Source: an uncultured Verrucomicrobiae bacterium (GTDB lineage Bacteria > Verrucomicrobiota > Verrucomicrobiia > Chthoniobacterales > JAFAMB01). From it: a DNA stretch of 64,000 nucleotides. The position numbers and the translations under genes were made by a program. The stretch covers positions 256,001 through 320,000 of the forward strand of contig CAVXLD010000007.1 in the NCBI GenBank assembly GCA_963762565.1. Direction: 5' to 3'. The first letter of the stretch is position 1, and each line of letters begins with the position of its first letter. Below the pieces are notes generated by a model that saw only the letters and a list, made by a program, of their open reading frames with translations, ran no database searches and was not told the origin of the DNA. Positions 27,568-38,781 of this stretch are shown in pieces.

Positions 27568-28731
27568 ATGACACCGCTACCATGTCTTGTTAGGGTGCTG
27601 GCTCTTTCGCCAGCGCTTCTTGTCCTGGTTATATTTTCTGCTTGCGAGAAACAGGTCGCAACACTTCCCGCCGCTCCGCCAGAGGTTTTGGTGACCGAGG
27701 TCGTGCAGAAGGAAGTCCCCGTTTTTCGCCAGTGGGTTGGCACGGTGAACGGAGTTGAGAATGCGGAAGTCAGGGCGCGGACAGAGGGATATCTTACGAC
27801 TATTTCTTACCAGCAGGGTGGGTATGTAAAAAAGGGCGATGTGCTGTTTCAGATCGATTCCAGACCTTTCATAGCGGCTTTAGATCAAGCAAAGGGCCAG
27901 CTGGATGAGGCTAAAGCAACTATGCTTGGAGTTGAGCTGGACGCGAAGCGAGCAAAGGAATTGTTCGATACCAAGGTAATTTCTGAGCAGGAGTACACGA
28001 ACAAAACTCAGCTTTACCAAACCAAGTTAGCCGCCGTGACGGCGGCTCAGGCGGCGGTGGAGCAAGCCCAGCTGAACCTGGATTATACAAACATTGTTTC
28101 GCCGCTGGACGGCATCGCGGGACAGCAGGAAGCGCAGGTTGGGGATCTGGTTGGTACCGGGTCCAATGCGGTTTTGACGACGGTATCCCAGATCGATCCG
28201 ATTTGGTTTTATTTGCAGATTAGCGAACAAACTTACTGGGAGTATGCCGACCGTCTCAAAGAGTTAATGGCGGTGCCGGAAGCCAAACGTAAGGAGAACG
28301 TAGAACTCATCCTGGCCGATGGCAGCGTTTACGCGCATAAAGGCAAGTTCGCTTTCATCAATCGTCAAGTCGATCCGAAGACTGGGACTATTCAGGTTGC
28401 GGTTAGCTTCCCTAATCCTGAACTTACGTTGCGACCCGGCCAATATGGGATCGCGCGTGCCGAGATCGAGACGATTCCCAACGCACTATTGATTCCGCAG
28501 CAGGCCGTATCACAGCTGCAAGGCAACAACCAGGTAGCGGTCGTGAACCCGGATGGCAAAGCGGAGATCCGCGCGGTAAAAGTTGGCGCGACGTATCAAC
28601 ACATGATCGAGGTGACGGAGGGGCTCAAGGTGGGTGAGACGGTGATTGTCGAGGGGTTTCAGAGAGTCCGGCAAGGGGTGCCGGTTTCGGCAAAACCTTA
28701 CCCGGAGAGCACCGAAGACCGGGGAAACTAA
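27568..28731 (+). CDS. RND efflux periplasmic adaptor (lipoprotein)
   Basis: Lipobox FSAC; EVRARTEGYL, LDYTNIVSPLDG and VDPKTGTI. Confidence 0.93.
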   Translation: MTPLPCLVRVLALSPALLVLVIFSACEKQVATLPAAPPEVLVTEVVQKEVPVFRQWVGTVNGVENAEVRARTEGYLTTISYQQGGYVKKGDVLFQIDSRPFIAALDQAKGQLDEAKATMLGVELDAKRAKELFDTKVISEQEYTNKTQLYQTKLAAVTAAQAAVEQAQLNLDYTNIVSPLDGIAGQQEAQVGDLVGTGSNAVLTTVSQIDPIWFYLQISEQTYWEYADRLKELMAVPEAKRKENVELILADGSVYAHKGKFAFINRQVDPKTGTIQVAVSFPNPELTLRPGQYGIARAEIETIPNALLIPQQAVSQLQGNNQVAVVNPDGKAEIRAVKVGATYQHMIEVTEGLKVGETVIVEGFQRVRQGVPVSAKPYPESTEDRGN

Positions 28732-28786
28732 GGGCGTTTCGGAGAATTCTTCCTCCGGCCAGTCCTAGCGACAGCGGAGATCCTCA

Positions 28787-31700
28787 ATGTCCAGATTCTT
28801 CATAAATCGCCCGATCGTTGCCATGGTGATTTCCATCGTCATGGTGATCGTCGGCATTGTTTCATTCCTCAGTCTGCCGGTCGCGCAATATCCCAACCTT
28901 GTTGACCCTCAGGTGACGGTGAACACGAGTTACGTGGGCGCGGATGCCTTGACCGTGGAGCAGACGGTCGCAACGCCAATCGAGCAGCAGATGAGTGGTG
29001 TGGATCACATGAACTACATGTATTCCCTGAATGCGAGCAGCGGTGGCACGATGGCATTAACGGTGGATTTCAATGTGGCCACCGATCCGAACATCGACTT
29101 GGTGCTGGCCCAAATGCGGGAGTCGCAGGCCTCGTCACAGCTGCCTTCCAGTGTCCGCGATTTTGGCGTTACGGTGGCAAAATCGACTTCAGCGCCGCTG
29201 ATGGTCGTTTCCTTATATTCGCCCACGGGCCAGTTCGATTCGAAGTTCTTGGCGAACTACGGCATTATTAATTTGAAGGACGCGATTCTCCGGGTGCCTG
29301 GCATCGCGAGCGTAAGCGTCTTCGGGGCAGGCGAATATGCGCTCCGGATCTGGGTAGATCCCAACAAGCTGGCTGCGCTCAACATCACGACTCTGGAAGT
29401 TGAACAGGCAATTCGTGCTCAGAATACTGTGAATCCGGCCGGCCAGATCGGAGGCGAGCCAATGCCGGACGGGCAAGTGTTTACCTATACCGTTCTCGCA
29501 CAAGGACGTTTAATCACGGAGGAGCAGTTCGCTAACATCGTAATCCGGGCAGATTCAAATGGTGCATTTGTACGAGTCAAGGATATCGGGCGCGTTGAAT
29601 TAGGGTCTCAGACATATACCCAAACCTGCAGTTTCAACGGCAAACCGGCTGCGGCTCTCGCACTTTACCAGTTGCCCGGCTCCAACGCGGTAAACGCCGC
29701 GAAGGGTGTCAGGGAATTGATGGGGCAGCTTAAACAGCGGTTCCCTTCCGGGCTCGACTATACAATCGCCCTAGACACAACCCTAGCTGTGACGGCAGGG
29801 ATGCAGGAGATTTACAAGACCTTGGTGGAGGCCATGATTTTGGTCATCATTGTGGTCTTCATTTTCCTTCAAGGTTGGCGCGCCACGTTAATTCCGTTGT
29901 GTGCCGTGCCGGTTGCACTGGTCAGCACGTTCGCATTGTTTCCTCTCCTTGGGTTCTCGGTCAACACGCTATCACTCCTGGGACTGGTCTTGGCCATTGG
30001 TCTGGTGGTCGATGATGCTATCGTTGTAGTCGAAGCGGTCGAAAATCACATTGAACGCGGCCTATCGCCGAAAGATGCGGCGCTTAAGGCGATGGAAGAG
30101 GTTGCTTCACCCGTGGCCGCCATCGCAATTATTCTTGCGGCTGTCTTTCTCCCCACCGCATTTATTCCCGGCATCACTGGCCGGCTCTACCAGCAGTTCG
30201 CGGTTACCATCGCAGTTTCGGTGATCTTCTCAGCATTCAACGCCCTGACATTGAGCCCGGCGCTTGCGGCGCTCCTGCTGCGGCCCAAAAAAGAATCTCG
30301 CCGAGGGCCGTTGGGATTTTTCTTCAGTGGATTTAACAAAGTTTTCGGGTCCGCGACCAAAGGTTATGTAGGCATATGCCGGCTTTTGATGCGACGCGGT
30401 CTTTTCTGCATGTTGCTCCTTATTCCGATCCTGCTTGCGACGGGTTGGCTTGGTAAAAAACTCCCCTCGTCCTTTGTCCCATCCGAGGATCAGGGATATT
30501 TCTATGCCAATTTGCAGTTGCCTGAAGCCGCGTCGCTGCAAAGAACCTCGGCCGCTTGCAAAAAGGTCGAGGAGATCCTCCGGAACACGCCTGGAGTGGA
30601 GTACGTTACGACCATTGCCGGCTTCAGCCTGCTGAGCCAAGTCAACACCACCTATAACGGCTTTTTCTTTGTGAGCCTGAAGTCGTGGGACGAGCGCACT
30701 TCGCCTCAGGAACAAGTAAACGCAATTATGATGCATGCGAATCAAGCGCTCTCGAAGATTCCCGACGGGATTGCATTCTCTTTCCCGCCGCCAGCGATCC
30801 CGGGGATTGGAACGTCGGGCGGTGTGGTCGCAGTGCTGGAAGATGTCGCCGGGATGCCGGTGGATTTCCTTGCTCAGAATACACAGAAATTCGTCGAAGC
30901 GGTCCGGCAGCGCCCGGAAATTGCTCGTATCCTAACAACCTGGTTGCCAAGCGTTCCGCAGCTTTATCTTTATGTTGATCAAGACAAAGTCCTGAAGCAA
31001 GGAGTCCAAATATCCGACGTGTATAAGACCGCCCAAGTCTTTATGGGCGGTAGCTTTGTCAATTATTTCACTCTATTTGGACGGACCTGGCAGACATATG
31101 TCCAAGCGGATGGGCAATTTCGAATGAACCCAGAAGATATTGGCCAGTTTTACGTGCGTAACAATATTGGAAATCCGGTCCCTCTTTCTTCGATGGTACG
31201 GGTGGAGCGGCACACCGGACCAGAGTTCACGATGCGTTACAATCTTCATCGATGCGCCCAGTTGAACGTGAGTGGGAAGGAGGGCGTCAGCAACTACCAA
31301 GTTATGGCGGTGCTCCAAGATGTATTTGCGAAGACGATGCCGAGAGAGATGGGATTGGACTATAAGGACATGTCGTTCCAAGAACAGCAAGCCCAGAAAG
31401 GTGTGCCGCCCGCCGTGATCTTCGGGATCTCGCTACTGTTCGTCTTCCTGATTCTCGCGGCCCTATACGAAAGCTGGACGTTGCCGTTTAGCGTGCTTCT
31501 TAGTACGCCAATAGCCGTGTTCGGTGCCTTCTTGGCACTATATGCCAGAGCCTTCGAAAACGACGTCTATTTTCAGATCGGTTTAGTCATGCTCATCGGT
31601 CTGGCGGCAAAGAACGCGATCTTGATTGTCGAATTTGCCAGAGCCGAATACGAAAAAGGCCAGACAATTGTGGATTCGGCGTTGGCTGCCGCCCGTTTGC

Positions 31701-31960
31701 GGCTTCGGCCGATCCTGATGACTGCGTTTGCGTTCATCCTCGGGTGCGTGCCCCTGTGGGCGGCTGCCGGATCGGGCGCCGTGTCGAGGCAAATTCTTGG
31801 AACGACGGTCATCGGCGGTATGCTGGCAGCGACATTTATCGCGATTTTTCTCATTCCGGTCTTGTTTTACGTGGTGGAGAGATTGTCTCCTGGAAAGAGT
31901 AAGACCGAGCCCGAAGTTCCAGTGGTCGAGCAACCGGCGAGCGCGGGCAAGGACGGGTAA
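28787..31960 (+). CDS. RND efflux permease (HAE1/AcrB family)
   Basis: MSRFFINRPI, AIGLVVDDAIVVVE, GLAAKNAILIVEFA and RLRPILMT. Confidence 0.95.
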   Translation: MSRFFINRPIVAMVISIVMVIVGIVSFLSLPVAQYPNLVDPQVTVNTSYVGADALTVEQTVATPIEQQMSGVDHMNYMYSLNASSGGTMALTVDFNVATDPNIDLVLAQMRESQASSQLPSSVRDFGVTVAKSTSAPLMVVSLYSPTGQFDSKFLANYGIINLKDAILRVPGIASVSVFGAGEYALRIWVDPNKLAALNITTLEVEQAIRAQNTVNPAGQIGGEPMPDGQVFTYTVLAQGRLITEEQFANIVIRADSNGAFVRVKDIGRVELGSQTYTQTCSFNGKPAAALALYQLPGSNAVNAAKGVRELMGQLKQRFPSGLDYTIALDTTLAVTAGMQEIYKTLVEAMILVIIVVFIFLQGWRATLIPLCAVPVALVSTFALFPLLGFSVNTLSLLGLVLAIGLVVDDAIVVVEAVENHIERGLSPKDAALKAMEEVASPVAAIAIILAAVFLPTAFIPGITGRLYQQFAVTIAVSVIFSAFNALTLSPALAALLLRPKKESRRGPLGFFFSGFNKVFGSATKGYVGICRLLMRRGLFCMLLLIPILLATGWLGKKLPSSFVPSEDQGYFYANLQLPEAASLQRTSAACKKVEEILRNTPGVEYVTTIAGFSLLSQVNTTYNGFFFVSLKSWDERTSPQEQVNAIMMHANQALSKIPDGIAFSFPPPAIPGIGTSGGVVAVLEDVAGMPVDFLAQNTQKFVEAVRQRPEIARILTTWLPSVPQLYLYVDQDKVLKQGVQISDVYKTAQVFMGGSFVNYFTLFGRTWQTYVQADGQFRMNPEDIGQFYVRNNIGNPVPLSSMVRVERHTGPEFTMRYNLHRCAQLNVSGKEGVSNYQVMAVLQDVFAKTMPREMGLDYKDMSFQEQQAQKGVPPAVIFGISLLFVFLILAALYESWTLPFSVLLSTPIAVFGAFLALYARAFENDVYFQIGLVMLIGLAAKNAILIVEFARAEYEKGQTIVDSALAAARLRLRPILMTAFAFILGCVPLWAAAGSGAVSRQILGTTVIGGMLAATFIAIFLIPVLFYVVERLSPGKSKTEPEVPVVEQPASAGKDG

Positions 31961-31971
31961 GCTTGAACCGA

Positions 31972-32148
31972 ACCGGTAGGACGAGCTCCCGACTACGCAA
32001 AGCCTACGTCGCGGCCAGGTTTCAGGCGTGTCAGACCTCACAACAAGGGCGCGCCATAGCGTAGCGACGGCGGCCTGCTGGTCCGTGTGTTCTCAATGAT
32101 CTTCTCGCTCCGCGCGCCACGGATGAGCCCGGGCTCATCCCTACCGGT
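31972..32148. repeat. GTAG-type REP pair between convergent genes, with a family C-like insert
   Basis: ACCGGTAGGACGAGCTC[CCGACTACGCAAAGCCTACGTCGCGGCCAGG]... and CGGATGAGCCCGGGCTCATCCCTACCGGT. Confidence 0.65.
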
Positions 32149-32158
32149 GCTGCTGGAA

Positions 32159-33868
32159 TTAGTCGTTTCCGGCGCGGCCCTCATACGCAGCGAGACATTC
32201 TCGCAACGTCTCGAACATTCGGGTTGGACCGATGACTTCGGTTAGCTCTTGGCGGTCAAGATCCGCTCTGAAGTTCTGGTTGATATGGGCAAACACCAAA
32301 GTAATCCCCTTTTTATCTAACTCCTTAGCTAATTCTTTAAGGCCGCCGGCCGCCGTATAGTCGATGCTCGTGATCGCTCCCGCATCAACTGCCAGCCAGG
32401 TCACCGGAGATTGAGAGTCGGTCAGCAGTTTATGCGCCTGGCCGGCAAAACGATCGAAGTTTGCGTAGAATAGATCCGACCCAAACCAATACACAATGAG
32501 ACCCGGCGCCGCCATGTGCTCCGGTGACAAAGCGTTCATCAACCAATGCCCTTCGGGGGCCCGCGTTTCTACCGCCGTATGAGGTCGGTAACTGTGCCGC
32601 ACGTGCTGCAGCAGCGATAGAACTAACGCGAGCATGATCCCATCCTCCACCCCAAAAAGAACAACAGCGCCCGTGGTAATAAGCGCCAGAATCCATTCAC
32701 CGGGGCTCTTTCGCTGCAATTCGCGTAACCCCTTAAGATCGACCAGCCGGACAGCGATGGTAAACACGATGGCGCCTAGCACGCAGACTGGAAGAAACTG
32801 CAGAGGACCAGTTAGGAAAAGGAGCACAAGCATTACCACCAGCGCGGTCGACAGGTGCGCTAACTGGCTGCTGCCACCCGAGGTTTCCACCATCGCCGTC
32901 TGCGTCGGACTACCGTTTACGACGAACGTTCCCGTGAACGCCGCTGCTGCATTAGCGGCAGAAATTCCGAGCAGATCGCGATTTTCATCTAGCACCTGAT
33001 GATGCTTAGCGGCGTAGGCTCGCGCTGTGACCGCGCTTTGAGCCACGATCATCACGAAGCAGGATCCGGCTATTGGCAGTAGCTGATTAACGAGCGTCCA
33101 ATTCAGTGGTGGCATCGAAAGATGAGGCAAACCGCCGGCTACAGCGCCGACGACGTGAATTCCGTGTTGCGAGAAATCGAATAGCGCGCTGGCTGCGATC
33201 GTTCCTACCACCGCGATCAGCGCGCCGGGGACTCGCGGGGCAAACCGGTGGAGGACCAGCACTAGAGCTACTACTCCCGCCGACAAGCACAGCGTCGGGA
33301 TATGAGTATTTGGCAATTGTCGTAAGACTTGGAACAATTGACCGACGGGATTGACGCCATGTACCTCCACGCCCAGCATCTCACTGAGGACAGCGATCCC
33401 GACCTGAAACCCGACACCGGTCAAAAACCCGATCAAGACCGTTCGAGACAGGAAATCCGCCAGGAAGCCAAGTTTGAGCAGCCGAGCCAGCATCAGGAGC
33501 CCGGCGGTCAGCAGCGCCACCAGGCCGGCCATCGAGACATAGTCCGCGTTCCCGACCGAAGCGACTCCCGTCAGACCTCCAGCTAGGATTGCCGCTGTGG
33601 CCGAATCGGACGCTACCACCAGGTAGCGCGACGATCCGAAAGCGGCGAAAGCTATCACCGGCAGTAGCAATGTGTAGAGCCCGGTTATCACCGGCATTCC
33701 GGCAATCTTGGCGTAGCCCAGGGCCTGGGGAATGTTTAGAGCCGCCAACGATATGCCGGCGGCGAAATTGGCTGCCAGCGTCGAGCGATTAAGCGGACGG
33801 ATGCTCTGAAACAGCGGGAAGCGCCATCCTTTGATTGGCTTGTCGGCCGAGGGCGTCGCTTCGCTCAT
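32159..33868 (-). CDS. SulP/SLC26 anion transporter with STAS domain
   Basis: IPQALGYAKIAG, GLY, FLSRTVLIGF and C-terminal STAS (LFYAN, IDYTA). Confidence 0.93.
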   Translation of the reverse strand: MSEATPSADKPIKGWRFPLFQSIRPLNRSTLAANFAAGISLAALNIPQALGYAKIAGMPVITGLYTLLLPVIAFAAFGSSRYLVVASDSATAAILAGGLTGVASVGNADYVSMAGLVALLTAGLLMLARLLKLGFLADFLSRTVLIGFLTGVGFQVGIAVLSEMLGVEVHGVNPVGQLFQVLRQLPNTHIPTLCLSAGVVALVLVLHRFAPRVPGALIAVVGTIAASALFDFSQHGIHVVGAVAGGLPHLSMPPLNWTLVNQLLPIAGSCFVMIVAQSAVTARAYAAKHHQVLDENRDLLGISAANAAAAFTGTFVVNGSPTQTAMVETSGGSSQLAHLSTALVVMLVLLFLTGPLQFLPVCVLGAIVFTIAVRLVDLKGLRELQRKSPGEWILALITTGAVVLFGVEDGIMLALVLSLLQHVRHSYRPHTAVETRAPEGHWLMNALSPEHMAAPGLIVYWFGSDLFYANFDRFAGQAHKLLTDSQSPVTWLAVDAGAITSIDYTAAGGLKELAKELDKKGITLVFAHINQNFRADLDRQELTEVIGPTRMFETLRECLAAYEGRAGND

Positions 33869-33967
33869 CGTCAGTTAGAGTAACCTGTCCAGCGCTACAA
33901 CGGAAGTTTCCGTTGTGGCGGACAAAACGACGCGGCAGGCACTCACCAAACAACGCTCTGCTTACCG

Positions 33968-34702
33968 TTATGAACTAACTAACTCGACCTTCCCTGTCTT
34001 AAGATCGTAAACGCCACCGACAATTTTGAGTTTCTTTTGGTTGAATGCCTCACTTAAAATTGGCTCGGCTGTTTGCAGTTTTTGTACGGTTAGCACCACG
34101 TTTTGCTTGATCGCATTGCTCAGCAGATCGCCGGGCTGATTCTCGACCGCCTGAACCGCGGGCGTGAGGGCTTCGGTTAGCGATGGGATATGACCCGGAA
34201 ATGTGGCGCCATTTTTTATTTGCTTAATGGTTGAGTCCACTGCGCCACAAGCTTGGTGACCAAGAACCAAGATCAGGGGTGTGCTAAAAGTGGCCACCGC
34301 GTATTCGAAACTGGCGATCGTATCAGGATTGGCAAAGTTGCCTGCTACCCGGCAGACGAAGATATCGCCGCGGCCGGTATCGAATGCATATTCGGGTCCA
34401 ATTCGAGAATCGGCACAGCTGAGTATTCCGGCAAACGGATTTTGTCCGCCGGCTAACGCCTCCCGTTCCGTACTAAAATCGTGACGGCGCATGGTGCCCG
34501 CGGCGTAACGGTGGTTTCCCTTCATGAGCCGATCCAATGCCGCGTCCGGGGAAAGCACGTTTTGAGGTTTGGGCGGCGAACCTTTTTCAGCGGCTCGCGT
34601 TAAGACCGGGACTGATAACGATGCGGCTAGCAGCGCGAGAAATTTGCGCCGTGGCAAATGGACGCCGCCTTGAGCTAACGATGGGTCACATAATTTACAC
34701 AC
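33968..34702 (-). CDS. Beta-class carbonic anhydrase with Tat signal
   Basis: RRKFL Tat motif; zinc ligands in CADSR and HQACG; RVAGN. Confidence 0.93.
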   Translation of the reverse strand: MCKLCDPSLAQGGVHLPRRKFLALLAASLSVPVLTRAAEKGSPPKPQNVLSPDAALDRLMKGNHRYAAGTMRRHDFSTEREALAGGQNPFAGILSCADSRIGPEYAFDTGRGDIFVCRVAGNFANPDTIASFEYAVATFSTPLILVLGHQACGAVDSTIKQIKNGATFPGHIPSLTEALTPAVQAVENQPGDLLSNAIKQNVVLTVQKLQTAEPILSEAFNQKKLKIVGGVYDLKTGKVELVSS

Positions 34703-34894
34703 AAAAGGAGAAGGGGTTGCATTCGATTCTGCTAGACGCGTGGGAAGATGTAAAGACCTTCTCGACTCGATGCCAGCAGAGGCTGAGGAATGGGACCGGA
34801 TTGTAGATTCGGCATTTGCCCCGCCTAAGCATTGCTGCGCACGCGGCTCTTCGCTCGATAAAACGGCCAGCCCGAAAGCGGGAGCAACAACTCA

Positions 34895-36255
34895 CGCCTG
34901 ATCTACAATCATTCCTGTGAGGAGTTGGCGGTGCTATTGCAATCCAACCGAGACCTCTGGAACCGAACTGAGACTATCCAATCGGGGGACCATGTTTACC
35001 GATTACGATTCGCACGTGGTTCACGTCTTGCCGGTATCTGGAGTCCGGATTATTTCGATTTCTTCCGTACCCCGGCCCAGCTACATAAGAAATTTGATGG
35101 GTCCGCAGAGCCTAATAGTTGGGGAGGAGCTTTAGCGGGGGTACACCGAGAGCTGGATTCGAGGAAATATTTTCTTCCTCCAAGAGGCCTCGCGGTTTCG
35201 GTTACTGCGATCATCAATATAGATCGGCGAGAGGCGAAGGGCCACGGCGTGCGAGACGCGACCCTGACGCTTTATGAGCCGAGCAGGCGAGAAAGCATCC
35301 AAGTGGCGGGGGCGAGGAGAGCACTGGAAGCCGACTTCACGGCTCCGATCGCATACTATCGCAACCCGTTTCTCTTGGGTTTAGCTGCCATGTATAATGC
35401 CGGGAAAATATCGTGAACGCACGGGACTCTATTTGCTCGAGCCATACGATCCTGATCAGATCCCTGTGGTTTTTATTCACGTCTTAATGTCGTTACCGCA
35501 GATGTGGGTCCCAACGATCAAAGCGATCAATTCGGATCCGGAATTGCGGGGCCGGTTTCAATTTTGGGTATTCGCCTATCCGACCGGTGATCCCATTCTG
35601 TTATCAGCGCTGAAACTTCGAGAGGAATTGGCACGCGTTTATCAGCTTTATCCTCGAACCAAAGACATGATTCTGATTGGACACAGCATGGGCGGGCTAG
35701 TTGCCCGGCTGCATGCGGTGAACACGGATGCGGACCAGCTCTATGCCACTGTGCCGCCAGACAATCTTGCGAAGCATGCAATAATATTCGACGCGAACCC
35801 TCACGTAAGAAGGATCGTATTTATCTGTGTATCACACCGAGGCAGCTATCTCGCGACTAATTGGATAGGTTCGCTTGGCGTTGGTCTGGTTCGGCTGCCT
35901 GGAAATCTCCTAAGTGGTTCTGAAGGAAGCATTATCAGCACGCTTCGAGCCACCATGAGATTGACACACGTGCCCACGGGCATCAATGGCCTTTCGCCGC
36001 GGTCCCCAGTTCTTAAAACGCTCGATACGCTGCCAATTACGGCACCGTACCATTCTATCATTGGCGACCGCGGTCGTGGTGATTCGCCAAATAGTTCGGA
36101 CGGTGTCGTGCCTTATTGGAGCTCACATCTTGAAGGCGCCCGTCGTGCCGGGTCCACACGGATCGTACGCTCTTCCACAGACGGTGGCGGAGCTTAAGCG
36201 GATTCTACGGTTGGAACTGGCTGCTCGCGAGGGAGTCTCACACAAAGTCACGTAA
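34895..36255 (+). pseudogene. Fragmented alpha/beta-hydrolase (esterase/lipase-like)
   Basis: GLYLLEPYDPDQIPVVF, GHSMGG, PYHSIIG, SDGVVPY and PGPHGSY are spread over three or more frames, and motifs are degraded (FIHV for FxHG). Confidence 0.8.
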
Positions 36256-36298
36256 GCACAAAGAAGGCAGAGAAATCGCGCCTATTTGCCGCCCACCG

Positions 36299-36812
36299 CT
36301 ACCGAGGCGTTGACAGTGTTCTTAACCACCGATTTAAGGTTCGCCTTTCATAATAGAAAATCTGTGACCTTTTTGGGTCATAACGCCCTGAATTCGGGCT
36401 CGAATTATCGATTCAACCGAGTGGACCCCTTGGCCAACACTTTGCCACTAGCGTCGGCTAGCACGAAGTCGAAGGACATTCGGGCCGGATGACCCGCACT
36501 AATGATTCTAGCGTTTCTTGCAGTCGAGTTTCGACCGGCCAAGTCGATATCGGTGAAGCGCAGGAGCAAACTGCAATTCGGAAACTTCGATTGCAGCACC
36601 GGTCTCAGTTCGTCTCTCACACTGTCGGCAAATAAGCCGGCCGTGTAGTTAGCATCACGTCCTCGGACTTGAAAGTCCGTAAATTTGGCAGGGTTAACGA
36701 ACTGGACGCTGACTGGTGGGGGCGTGGCCGCTGCCACTAAATTGACTGCTGGACCCATGGCTACAAAACAAAAACACATTGAGAGCCTCAACAGGGGGGG
36801 TAGATTTTTCAT
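36299..36812 (-). CDS. DUF3016-like exported protein (frameshift near 36412)
   Basis: VSVQFVNPAKFTD, FTDIDLAG and PARMSFDF; the C-terminus FYYERRTLNRWL continues in another frame to the TAG at 36299-36301. Confidence 0.7.
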
Positions 36813-36900
36813 AGCATTCTTGGGGTTTACGGCAACAATCGTCTCATATTTGGCGAACGCAAAAAAAGCTGCGCAAATGGGCAGGTATTTCAGGTCCAAC

Positions 36901-37040
36901 GGCTCGCCTTAGGCTCGCCGAATAGCAAATAGCAAATAGCAAATAGCAGATAGCAAAATTGATGCAGCCCAACGCTGGGCTCGCGGACGCTTTGCTATTT
37001 GCTATCTGCTATTTGCTATTCCGAACGAGCCTCAGGCGAG
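36901..37040. repeat. Inverted heptamer arrays (AAATAGC)n / (TTTGCTA)n capped by GGCTCGCCTYAGGCTCG
   Basis: 36921-36957 pairs with 36991-37020; the same cap and array occur inverted at 14967-15010. Confidence 0.85.
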
Positions 37041-37132
37041 TTTCGGATGCACCAGCAAACTGAGGTTATCCTTGCTCTTCGGATTTTATCCTCGGAGTAT
37101 AGGAACGAGTTCCATCCAGTGAAGCCCCCTCA

Positions 37133-38095
37133 ATGCAACGTTCACAATTCCTTGTAGCTCCCACGATCGCGGCGCTCTCTTTCTTGTTCTGTACCGCCTC
37201 TTCATATGGTCAGGCACATACGAAGGGAAAAGAGGTATCCCCGCTCACAAAAACCCTGAAGCCAGGCGATTATGTCTGGCATCCTGAGGTTTCTCCAAAT
37301 GGGCCGGTGGTCGTTCTTGTGAGCATACCAGACCAGCTTCTTTATGTTTACCGCAACGGTGTGCGTATTGGCCGGTCGACGGTCAGCACCGGTAAACCGG
37401 GTAAGCAAACACCCACGGGCGTTTTTACCGTTCTGCAGAAAAAGGTTCGCCATGAGTCCAGCATCTACAAAGGCGCGCAGATGCCGCACATGCAGCGACT
37501 AACCTGGAGTGGGGTTGCCATGCATGCCGGCCATTTACCGGGTTACCCTGCCTCAGCAGGCTGTGTCCGGATGCCAATTGACTTTGCGGCAAAGCTTTAT
37601 TCGGTTACCGGCCTGGGGAGCACCGTTATCATTGCGGACAATCGGTCTGCGCCCAGGGAGACGACCAATCCGGGACTTTTGTTTTCTGGGAAAACTGGAA
37701 CCCCAAGTGGCAAATTCCAATGGAGCCCGGACAAGGCGCCGAAAGGGCCGTTGTCTATCATTATTAGCAATCCGGATCGGGCGGCCTATGTCTATCGTAA
37801 CGGGATAGAAATCGGGAGGGCGCCGATCAACGCAGTTCCTCGATTAGCCGGTTCCTACGTGTATAACGCGTTGGATTTGGTCGATGCTAACGGGCAACGC
37901 GAATGGATTTCTACGGCAAGCAGCCGGGGCCGCGCGCCGAACCTAAAGGATGTCGCGAGCCAGCTGGGGATTCCCCCCGAATTCGATGCCGACCTGCGCG
38001 GCTTAATTACCCCAGGCACGACGCTGGTTTTGACGAACTTGGCGGTGAACGCCGGCACCCGAAGCGCACCTGGATTCGATATCCTGACCGACTAA
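37133..38095 (+). CDS. L,D-transpeptidase (YkuD family)
   Basis: Signal peptide; VSTGKPG..TPTGVF and HAGHLPGYPASAGCVRM. Confidence 0.9.
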   Translation: MQRSQFLVAPTIAALSFLFCTASSYGQAHTKGKEVSPLTKTLKPGDYVWHPEVSPNGPVVVLVSIPDQLLYVYRNGVRIGRSTVSTGKPGKQTPTGVFTVLQKKVRHESSIYKGAQMPHMQRLTWSGVAMHAGHLPGYPASAGCVRMPIDFAAKLYSVTGLGSTVIIADNRSAPRETTNPGLLFSGKTGTPSGKFQWSPDKAPKGPLSIIISNPDRAAYVYRNGIEIGRAPINAVPRLAGSYVYNALDLVDANGQREWISTASSRGRAPNLKDVASQLGIPPEFDADLRGLITPGTTLVLTNLAVNAGTRSAPGFDILTD

Positions 38096-38102
38096 ACCAA
38101 CA

Positions 38103-38277
38103 GCAAGGAGCTAGGAGCTAGGAGCTAGGAGGGCCGATCGGCACAAAGGCGTTCCCGCACGTGGTTTGCCAGTCACATTAGTCCCATAGGTCATATAGGT
38201 CCCATCCGTTCCACCCCTACTGCCGTTTGCTATCCAGCGGATCCGCTCAGCGACAAGGGCCCTCCTAGCTCCTTGCT
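38103..38277. repeat. (GGAGCTA)n array with an inverted partner enclosing 9-mer repeats
   Basis: gcaaggagctaggagctaggagctaggagggcc ... agtcccataggtcatataggtccca ... ggccctcctagctccttgc. Confidence 0.75.
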
Positions 38278-38322
38278 TTTTGCGGCTATTCTAATCTGTT
38301 TTCCCGTGAGATTGGGATGCTC

Positions 38323-38781
38323 CTACAGCCCGGAACCACCCTTTAATTTAGCGGCTGCGGCTTCGGCTTTCGCTGCGGCTCCGCGTTCAAGGTAGCCGTC
38401 GGTCGCCAGGATCAGAATGTGGTCGAGTTTCATGTGGATCGCGGTAAACCCTTTCACTACGTACATCGTCGATTCTGTTCCGTCGTCGACGACCTCCCAA
38501 CTCGCATCCGTGACTTGCTTTAGAAGGTTCTGGATATCGTTCCCGGTGAAAGGCTTGGCGCCGCCTACCCAATTTAGATAAGAAACTGCGTCTGCCTTGT
38601 CTTTGTAGAAATGAATTTCCAGGTAATGATTCCCCGTCTTAAACTTGTGCCATTCCTGGGCTTCCTTGCCGATGATCGCGCCGTATTTTGCGGTGCATTG
38701 CTTCTGGGTTAGCCCGAGTTGACCGTGGGCAGAACCCGCCACCATTAAAGTGGCGCAAGAGAGCAGAGTTATGAGCTTCAT
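38323..38781 (-). CDS. Hypothetical secreted protein
   Basis: Signal peptide MKLITLLSCATLMVAGSAHG; no family recognised. Confidence 0.7.
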   Translation of the reverse strand: MKLITLLSCATLMVAGSAHGQLGLTQKQCTAKYGAIIGKEAQEWHKFKTGNHYLEIHFYKDKADAVSYLNWVGGAKPFTGNDIQNLLKQVTDASWEVVDDGTESTMYVVKGFTAIHMKLDHILILATDGYLERGAAAKAEAAAAKLKGGSGL

